In this document: positions 1 through 9,600 of the stretch, piece by piece
How positions within the stretch are numbered: position 1 is the first letter of the stretch
How the letters are laid out: each line of letters begins with the position of its first letter
DNA from: Auanema rhodensis
Lineage: Eukaryota > Animalia > Nematoda
DNA: 64,000 nucleotides
Assembly (NCBI GenBank): GCA_964057225.1
Contig: OZ059897.1
Location: 2,356,001 to 2,420,000 of the forward strand
Reading direction: 5' to 3'
Translations under genes and position numbers: made by a program
The notes under the pieces: generated by a model
The model's database searches: none
What the model saw: the letters and a program-made list of their open reading frames with translations, nothing else
What the model was told of the DNA's origin: nothing

Positions 1-173
1 CGTTGATCTGTGTTATCAGATTTGCGCTAGCTTAAAAATGCACCGAGTAATCAACTGATATAGGTTCACACTTATATCCTCGATTTTTACCCTGAAGAAT
101 TAATTTTTTCGTTGAATAACATTGTCCATCGTCTTTGCCTTGAAAAAAGAAATCTAAAAACTCCTACTTTTTG

Positions 174-234
174 TGAAATTATTTAGAAATTTTTCGGGAA
201 AATTTTTGTCAAAATGTTTTTGGAAGCAATGTTG
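174..234. repeat. Internal degenerate 11-13-bp subrepeat (gaaattattta / gaaatttttcgg / gaaaatttttgt / caaaatgtttttg / gaagcaatgttg), present in every monomer
   Basis: Four to five successive AAAT(T)n-type units read directly from the sequence. Confidence 0.7.
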
Positions 235-256
235 AGTGTACATGGGAACTCAACAT
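229..256. other. 9-bp perfect inverted repeat with 10-nt spacer (atgttgagt-gtacatggga-actcaacat), once per monomer
   Basis: The reverse complement of atgttgagt (229-237) is actcaacat (248-256). It is followed by the perfect 10-bp palindrome taatgcatta (261-270). Confidence 0.9.
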
Positions 257-450
257 ACACTAATGCATTATTTTTTAAACGATCATAACTAATTTTTGTA
301 TAGAGCGTTTCTCAATGTAGTATAGTGCATTCGATGCGGATTTTTAAGCTGCTTTGATCTGTGTTATCAGATTTGAGTTAACTTAAAAATGCACCGAGAT
401 ATCAACTGATATAGGTTCACACTTATATCCTCGATTTTCACCCTGAAGAA

Positions 451-639
451 ATGATTTTTTCGTTGAAAAACATTGTCCATCGTCTTCGTCTTAAAAAAAG
501 GAATCTAAAAACATCTACTTTTTGTGAAATTATTCAGAAATTTTTCGGGAAAATTTTTGTCAAAATGTTTTTGGAAGCAATGTTGAGTGTACATGGGAAC
601 TCAACATACACTAATGCATTATTTTTCAAACGATCATAA
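451..639 (+). other. Incidental 62-aa ORF inside the satellite monomer (36 copies on +); probably non-coding, useful as a subtype marker
   Basis: Open only when the monomer has both the aATGatt allele and the attCAGaaa allele. Most monomers have attTAGaaa, an in-frame stop. The F/K/I/N-rich composition mirrors A/T tracts and no domain is recognisable. Confidence 0.8.
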
Positions 640-3600
640 CTAATTTTTGTATAGAGCGTTTTTTAATGTAGTATAATGCATTCGATGCGGATTTTTAAGC
701 TGCGTCGATCTGTGTTATCAGATTTGAGTTAGCTTAAAAATGCACCGAGATATCAACTGATATATGTTCACACTTATATCCTCGATTTTCACCCTGAAGA
801 AATGATTTTTTCGTTGAAAAAACATTGTCCATCGTCTTTGCCTTGAAAAAAGGAATCTAAAAACATCTACTTTTTGTGAAATTATTTAGAAATTTTTCGG
901 GAAAATTTTTGTCAAAATGTTTTTGGAAGCAATGTTGAGTGTACATGGGAACTCAACATACACTAATGCATTATTTTTCAAACGATCATAACTTATTTTT
1001 GTATAGAGCGTTTCTCAATGTAGTGTAGTGCATTCGATGCGGATTTTTAAGCTGCGTCGATCTGTGTTATCCGATTTGAGCTAGCTTGAAAATGTACCGA
1101 GATATCAACTGATATATGTTCACACTTATATCCTCGATTTTCACCCTGAAGAATTTATTTTTTCGTTGAATAACATTGTCCATCGTCTTCGCCTTGAAAA
1201 AAGGAATCTAAAAACATCTACTTTTTGTGAAATTATTTAGAACTTTTTCGGGAAAATTTTTGTCAAAATGTTTTTGGAAGCAATGTTGAGTGTACATGGG
1301 AACTCAACATACACTAATGCATTATTTTTCAAACGATCATAACTAATTTTTTTATGGAGCGTTTCTCAATGTAGTATAGTGCATTCGATGCGGATTTTTA
1401 AGCTGCGTTGATCTGTGTTATCAGATTTGAGTTAACTTAAAAATGCACCGAGATATCAACTGATATATGTTCACACTCATATCCTCGATTATCACCCTGA
1501 AGAATTGATTTTTTCGTTGAAAAACTATGTCCATCGTATTTTTCTTGAAAAAAGGAATCTAAAAACATCTACTTTTTGTGAAATTATTTAGAAATGTTTC
1601 GGGAAAATTTTTGTCAAAATGTTTTTGGAAGCAATGTTGAGTGTACATGGGAACTCAACATACACTAATGCATTATTTTTCAAACGATCATAACTAATTC
1701 TTGTATAGAGCGTTTCTCAATGTAGTATAGTGCATTCGATGCGGATTTTTAAGCTACGTTGATCTGTGTTATCAGATTTGAGTTAGCTTAAAAATGCACC
1801 GAGATATCAACTGATATATGTTCACACTTATATCCTCGATTTTCACCCTGAAGAAATGATTTTTTCGTTGAATAACATTGTCCATCTTCTTCGTCTTGAA
1901 AAAAGGAATCTAAAAACATCTACTTTTTGTGAAATTATTTAGAAATTTTTCGGGAAAATTTTTGTCAAAATGTTTTTGGAAGCAATGTTGAGTGTACATG
2001 GGAACTCAACATACACTAATGCATTATTTTTCAAACGATCATAACTAATTTTTGTATAGAGCGTTTCTCAATGTGGTATAGTGCATTCGATGCGGATTTT
2101 TAAGCTGCGTTGATCTGTGTTATCAGATTTGAGTTAACTTAAAAATGCACCGAGATATCAACTGATATATGTTCACACTTATATCCTCGATTTTCACCCT
2201 GAAGAGATGATTTTTTCGTTGAATAGCATTGTCCATCGTCTTCGTCTTGAAAAAAGGAATCTAAAAACATCTACTTTTTGTGAAATTATTTAGAAATTTT
2301 TCGGGAAAATTTTTGTCAAAATGTTTTTGGAAGCAATGTTGAGTGTACATGGGAACTCAACATACACTAATGCATTATTTTTCAAACAATCATAACTAAT
2401 TTTTGTATAGAGCGTTTCTCAATGTAGTATAGTGCATTCGATGCGGATTTTTAAGCTGCTTTGATCTGTGTTATCAGATTTGAGTTAACTTAAAAATGCA
2501 CCGAGATATCAACTGATATAGGTTCACACATATATCCTCGATTTTCACCCTGAAGAAATGATTTTTTCGTTGAAAAACATTGTCCATCGTATTCGTCTTG
2601 AAAAAAGGAATCTAAAAACATCTACTTTTTGTGAAATTATTTAGAAATTGTTCGGGAAAATTTTTGTCAAAATGTTTTTGGAAGCAATGTTGAGTGTACA
2701 TGGGAACTCAACATACACTAATGCATTATTTTTCAAACGATCATAACTAATTTTTGTATAGAGCGTTTCTCAATGTAGTATAGTGCATTCGATGCGGATT
2801 TTTAAGCTGCGTTGATCTGTGTTATCAGATTTGAGTTAACTTAAAAATGCACCGAGATATCAACTGATATAGGTTCACACATATATCCTCGATTTTCACC
2901 CTGAAGAAATGATTTTTCCGTTGAAAAACATTGTCCATCGTCTTCGTCTTGAAAAAAGGAATCTAAAAACATCTACTTTTTGTGAAATTATTCAGAAATT
3001 TTTCGGGAAAATTTTTGTCAAAATGTTTTTGGAAGAAATGTTGAGTGTACATGGGAACTCAACATACACTAATGCATTATTTTTCAAACGATCATAACTA
3101 ATTTTTGTATAGAGCGTTTTTTAATGTAGTATAATGCATTCGATGCGGATTTTTAAGCTGCGTTGATCTGTGTTATCAGATTTGAGTTAGCTTAGAAATG
3201 CACCGAGATATCAACTGATATATGTTCACACTCATATCCTCGATTATCACCCTGAAGAATTGATTTTTTCGTTGAAAAACATTGTCCATCGTATTTTTCT
3301 TGAAAAAAGGAATCTAAAAACATCTACTTTTTGTGAAATTATTTAGAAATTTTTCGGGAAAATTTTTGTCAAAATGTTTTTGGAAGCAATGTTGAGTGTA
3401 CATGGGAACTCAACATACACTAATGCATTATTTTTCAAACGATCATAACTAATTCTTGTATAGAGCGTTTCTCAATGTAGTATAGTGCATTCGATGCGGA
3501 TTTTTAAGCTGCGTTGATCTGTGTTATCAGATTTGAGTTAGCTTAAAAATGCACCGAGATATCAACTGATATATGTTCACACTTATATCCTCGATTTTCA

Positions 3601-5239
3601 CCCTGAAGAGATGATTTTTTCGTTGAATAACATTGTCCATCGTCTTCGTCTTGAAAAAAGGAATCTAAAAACATCTACTTTTTGTGAAATTATTTAGAAA
3701 TTTTTCGGGAAAATTTTTGTCAAAATGTTTTTGGAAGCAATGTTGAGTGTACATGGGAACTCAACATACACTAATGCATTATTTTTCAAACGATCATAAC
3801 TAATTTTTGTATAGAGCGTGTCTCAATGTGGTATAGTGCATTCGATGCGGATTTTTAAGCTGCGTTGATCTGTGTTATCAGATTTGAGTTAACTTAAAAA
3901 TGCACCGAGATATCAACTGATATATGTTCACACTTATATCCTCGATTTTCACCCTGAAGAGATGATTTTTTCGTTGAATAACATTGTCCATCGTCTTCGT
4001 CTTGAAAAAAGGAATCTAAAAACATCTACTTTTGTGAAATTATTTAGAAATTTTTCGGGAAAATTTTTGTCAAAATGTTTTTGGAAGCAATGTTGAGTGT
4101 ACATGGGAACTCAACATACACTAATGCATTATTTTTTAAACGATCATAACTAATTTTTGTATAGAGCGTTTCTCAATGTAGTATAGTGCATTCGATGCGG
4201 ATTTTTAAGCTGCTTTGATCTGTGTTATCAGATTTGAGTTAACTTAAAAATGCACCGAGATATCAACTGATATAGGTTCACACTTATATCCTCGATTTTC
4301 ACCCTGAAGAAATGATTTTTTCGTTGAAAAACATTGTCCATCGTATTTGTCTTGAAAAAAGGAATCTAAAAACATCTACTTTTTGTGAAATTATTTAGAA
4401 ATTTTTCGGGAAAATTTTTGTCAAAATGTTTTTGGAAGCAATGTTGAGTGTACATGGGAACTCAACATACACTAATGCATTATTTTTCAAACGATCATAA
4501 CTAATTTTTGTATAGAGCGTTTCTCATTGTAGTATAGTGCATTCGATGCGGATTTTTAAGCTGCGTTGATCTGTGTTATCAGATTTGAGTTAACTTAAAA
4601 ATGCACCGAGATATCAACTGATATAGGTTCACACATATATCCTCGATTTTCACCCTGAAGAAATGATTTTTTCGTTGAAAAACATTGTCCATCGTCTTCG
4701 TCTTAAAAAAAGGAATCTAAAAACATCTACTTTTTGTGAAATTATTCAGAAATTTTTCGGGAAAATTTTTGTCAAAATGTTTTTGGAAGCAATGTTGAGT
4801 GTACATGGGAACTCAACATACACTAATGCATTATTTTTCAAACGATCATAACTAATTTTTGTATAGAGCGTTTTTTAATGTAGTATAATGCATTCGATGC
4901 GGATTTTTAAGCTGCGTCGATCTGTGTTATCAGATTTGAGTTAGCTTAAAAATGCACCGAGATATCAACTGATATATGTTCACACTTATATCCTCGATTT
5001 TCACCCTGAAGAAATGATTTTTTCGTTGAAAAAACATTGTCCATCGTCTTTGCCTTGAAAAAAGGAATCTAAAAACATCTACTTTTTGTGAAATTATTTA
5101 GAAATTTTTCGGGAAAATTTTTGTCAAAATGTTTTTGGAAGCAATGTTGAGTGTACATGGGAACTCAACATACACTAATGCATTATTTTTCAAACGATCA
5201 TAACTTATTTTTGTATAGAGCGTTTCTCAATGTAGTGTA

Positions 5240-6640
5240 GTGCATTCGATGCGGATTTTTAAGCTGCGTCGATCTGTGTTATCCGATTTGAGCTAGCTTG
5301 AAAATGTACCGAGATATCAACTGATATATGTTCACACTTATATCCTCGATTTTCACCCTGAAGAATTTATTTTTTCGTTGAATAACATTGTCCATCGTCT
5401 TCGCCTTGAAAAAAGGAATCTAAAAACATCTACTTTTTGTGAAATTATTTAGAAATTTTTCGGGAAAATTTTTGTCAAAATGTTTTTGGAAGCAATGTTG
5501 AGTGTACATGGGAACTCAACATACACTAATGCATTATTTTTCAAACGATCATAACTAATTTTCTTATGGAGCGTTTCTCAATGTAGTATAGTGCATTCGA
5601 TGCGGATTTTTAAGCTGCGTTGATCTGTGTTATCAGATTTGCGCTAGCTTAAAAATGCACCGAGTAATCAACTGATATAGGTTCACACTTATATCCTCGA
5701 TTTTTACCCTGAAGAATTAATTTTTTCGTTGAATAACATTGTCCATCGTCTTTGCCTTGAAAAAAGAAATCTAAAAACTCCTACTTTTTGTGAAATTATT
5801 TAGAAATTTTTCGGGAAAATTTTTGTCAAAATGTTTTTGGAAGCAATGTTGAGTGTACATGGGAACTCAACATACACTAATGCATTATTTTTTAAACGAT
5901 CATAACTAATTTTTGTATAGAGCGTTTCTCAATGTAGTGTAGTGCATTCGATGCGGATTTTTAAGCTGCGTCGATCTGTGTTATCCGATTTGAGCTAGCT
6001 TGAAAATGTACCGAGATATCAACTGATATATGTTCACACTTATATCCTCGATTTTCACCCTGAAGAATTTATTTTTTCGTTGAATAACATTGTCCATCGT
6101 CTTCGCCTTGAAAAAAGGAATCTAAAAACATCTACTTTTTGTGAAATTATTTAGAAATTTTTCGGGAAAATTTTTGTCAAAATGTTTTTGGAAGCAATGT
6201 TGAGTGTACATGGGAACTCAACATACACTAATGCATTATTTTTCAAACGATCATAACTAATTTTCTTATGGAGCGTTTCTCAATGTAGTATAGTGCATTC
6301 GATGCGGATTTTTAAGCTGCGTTGATCTGTGTTATCAGATTTGCGCTAGCTTAAAAATGCACCGAGTAATCAACTGATATAGGTTCACACTTATATCCTC
6401 GATTTTTACCCTGAAGAATTAATTTTTTCGTTGAATAACATTGTCCATCGTCTTTGCCTTGAAAAAAGAAATCTAAAAACTCCTACTTTTTGTGAAATTA
6501 TTTAGAAATTTTTCGGGAAAATTTTTGTCAAAATGTTTTTGGAAGCAATGTTGAGTGTACATGGGAACTCAACATACACTAATGCATTATTTTTTAAACG
6601 ATCATAACTAATTTTTGTATAGAGCGTTTCTCAATGTAGT
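5240..6640. repeat. Tandem duplication of a 2-monomer (702-bp) unit
   Basis: The private variant ttCttatgg occurs at ~5563 and ~6265. The same order of ccg-type then gcgctag-type monomers repeats. Confidence 0.8.
5597..5663. other. ~67-bp imperfect palindrome (example copy; one per monomer junction)
   Basis: atttttaagct (5606-5616) and agcttaaaaat (5646-5656) are perfect 11-bp arms. Inner pairs gcg/cgc and atctg/cagat surround the loop tgttat. Outer tcg-a-tgc pairs with gca-c-cga. Confidence 0.88.
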
Positions 6641-9600
6641 ATAGTGCATTCGATGCGGATTTTTAAGCTGCTTTGATCTGTGTTATCAGATTTGAGTTAA
6701 CTTAAAAATGCACCGAGATATCAACTGATATAGGTTCACACTTATATCCTCGATTTTCACCCTGAAGAAATGATTTTTTCGTTGAAAAACATTGTCCATC
6801 GTCTTCGTCTTAAAAAAAGGAATCTAAAAACATCTACTTTTTGTGAAATTATTCAGAAATTTTTCGGGAAAATTTTTGTCAAAATGTTTTTGGAAGCAAT
6901 GTTGAGTGTACATGGGAACTCAACATACACTAATGCATTATTTTTCAAACGATCATAACTAATTTTTGTATAGAGCGTTTTTTAATGTAGTATAATGCAT
7001 TCAATGCGGATTTTTAAGCTGCGTCGATCTGTGTTATCAGATTTGAGTTAGCTTAAAAATGCACCGAGATATCAACTGATATATGTTCACACTTATATCC
7101 TCGATTTTCACCCTGAAGAAATGATTTTTTCGTTGAAAAAACATTGTCCATCGTCTTTGCCTTGAAAAAAGGAATCTAAAAACATCTACTTTTTGTGAAA
7201 TTATTTAGAAATTTTTCGGGAAAATTTTTGTCAAAATGTTTTTGGAAGCAATGTTGAGTGTACATGGGAACTCAACATACACTAATGCATTATTTTTCAA
7301 ACGATCATAACTTATTTTTGTATAGAGCGTTTCTCAATGTAGTATAGTGCATTCGATGCGGATTTTTAAGCTGCGTTGATCTGTGTTATCAGATTTGAGT
7401 TAACTTAAAAATGCACCGAGATATCAACTGATATAGGTTCACACATATATCCTCGATTTTCACCCTGAAGAAATGATTTTTCCGTTGAAAAACATTGTCC
7501 ATCGTCTTCGTCTTGAAAAAAGGAATCTAAAAACATCTACTTTTTGTGAAATTATTCAGAAATTTTTCGAAAAAATTTTTGTCAAAATGTTTTTGGAAGA
7601 AATGTTGAGTGTACATGGGAACTCAACATACACTAATGCATTATTTTTCAAACGATCATAACTAATTTTTGTATAGAGCGTTTTTTAATGTAGTATAATG
7701 CATTCGATGCGGATTTTTAAGCTGCGTCGATCTGTGTTATCCGATTTGAGCTAGCTTGAAAATGTACCGAGATATCAACTGATATATGTTCACACTTATA
7801 TCCTCGATTTTCACCCTGAAGAATTTATTTTTTCGTTGAATAACATTGTCCATCGTCTTCGCCTTGAAAAAAGGAATCTAAAAACATCTACTTTTTGTGA
7901 AATTATTTAGAACTTTTTCGGGAAAATTTTTGTCAAAATGTTTTTGGAAGCAATGTTGAGTGTACATGGGAACTCAACATACACTAATGCATTATTTTTC
8001 AAACGATCATAACTAATTTTTTTATGGAGCGTTTCTCAATGTAGTATAGTGCATTCTATGCGGATTTTTAAGCTGCGTTGATCTGTGTTATCAGATTTGC
8101 GCTAGCTTAAAAATGCACCGAGTAATCAACTGATATAGGTTCACACTTATATCCTCGATTTTTACCCTGAAGAATTAATTTTTTCGTTGAATAACATTGT
8201 CCATCGTCTTTGCCTTGAAAAAAGAAATCTAAAAACTCCTACTTTTTGTGAAATTATTTAGAAATTTTTCGGGAAAATGTTTGTCACAATGTTTTTGGAA
8301 GCAATGTTGAGTGTACATGGGAACTCAGCATACACTAATGCATTATTTTTCAAACGATCATAACTAATTTTTGTATAGAGCGTTTCTCAATGTAGTATAG
8401 TGCATTCGATGCGGATTTTTAAGCTGCGTCGATCTGTGTTATCAGATTTGAGTTAACTTAAAAATGCACCGAGATATCAACTGATATAGGTTCACACATA
8501 TATCCTCGATTTTCACCCTGAAGAAATGATTTTTTCGTTGACAAACATTGTCCATCGTCTTCGTCTTGAAAAAAGGAATCTAAAAACATCTACTTTTTGT
8601 GAAATTATTCAGAAATTTTTCGGGAAAATGTTTGTCAAAATGTTTTTGGAAGCAATGTTGAGTGTACATGGGAACTCAACATACACTAATGCATTATTTT
8701 TCAAACGATCATAACTAATTTTTGTATAGAGCGCTTTTTAATGTAGTATAGTGCATTCGATGCGGATTTTTAAGCTGCGTCGATCTGTGTTATCCGATTT
8801 GAGCTAGCTTGAAAATGTACCGAGATATCAACTGATATATGTTCACACTTATATCCTCGATTTTCACCCTGAAGAAATGATTTTTTCGTTGAAAAAACAT
8901 TGTCCATCGTCTTTGCCTTGAAAAAAGGAATCTAAAAACATCTACTTTTTGTGAAATTATCTAGAAATTTTTCGGGAAAATTTTTGTCAAAATGTTTTTG
9001 GAAGCAATGTTGAGTGTACATGGGAACTCAACATACACTAATGCATTATTTTTCAAACGATCATAACTTATTTTTGTATAGAGCGTTTCTCAATGTAGTG
9101 TAGTGCATTCGATGCGGATTTTTAAGCTGCGTCGATCTGTGTTATCCGATTTGAGCTAGCTTGAAAATGTACCGAGATATCAACTGATATATGTTCACAC
9201 TTATATCCTCGATTTTCACCCTGAAGAATTTATTTTTTCGTTGAATAACATTGTCCATCGTCTTCGCCTTGAAAAAAGGAATCTAAAAACATCTACTTTT
9301 TGTGAAATTATTTAGAAATTTTTCGGGAAAATTTTTGTCAAAATGTTTTTGGAAGCAATGTTGAGTGTAAATGGGAACTCAACATACACTAATGCATTAT
9401 TTTTCAAACGATCATAACTAATTTTTTTATGGAGCGTTTCTCAATGTAGTATAGTGCATTCGATGCGGATTTTTAAGCTGTGTTGATCTGTGTTATCAGA
9501 TTTGCGCTAGCTTAAAAATGCACCGAGTAATCAACTGATATAGGTTCACACTTATATCCTCGATTTTTACCCTGAAGAATTAATTTTTTCGTTGAATAAC

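Larger units (their letters stand above)
1..351 (+). repeat. Representative monomer (arbitrary phase), ~68% AT, rich in A/T tracts
   Basis: Hand count gives 111 G+C in 351 nt. The next copy starts at 352 (ctttgatctgtg). Confidence 0.97.

Noticed and set aside
1-351. 5S rRNA, tRNA, snRNA or spliced-leader RNA tandem gene unit
   Set aside because: I could not recognise any conserved RNA gene sequence, cloverleaf or Pol III A/B/C boxes. Frequent T-runs on both strands would terminate Pol III. An Rfam scan would be the formal test.
399-412. Short dyads atatca-ac-tgatat (here) and gcat-tcg-atgc (327-337) as functional sites
   Set aside because: They are only 4-6 bp in AT-rich DNA, and the first is broken by common alleles (gTAatc, gatatGaact). 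Such dyads are expected by chance.
458-474. CENP-B box-like motif (tttcgttgaaaaacatt versus YTTCGTTGGAARCGGGA)
   Set aside because: Only the 5' half matches, and the essential CGGG portion is missing at the right spacing.
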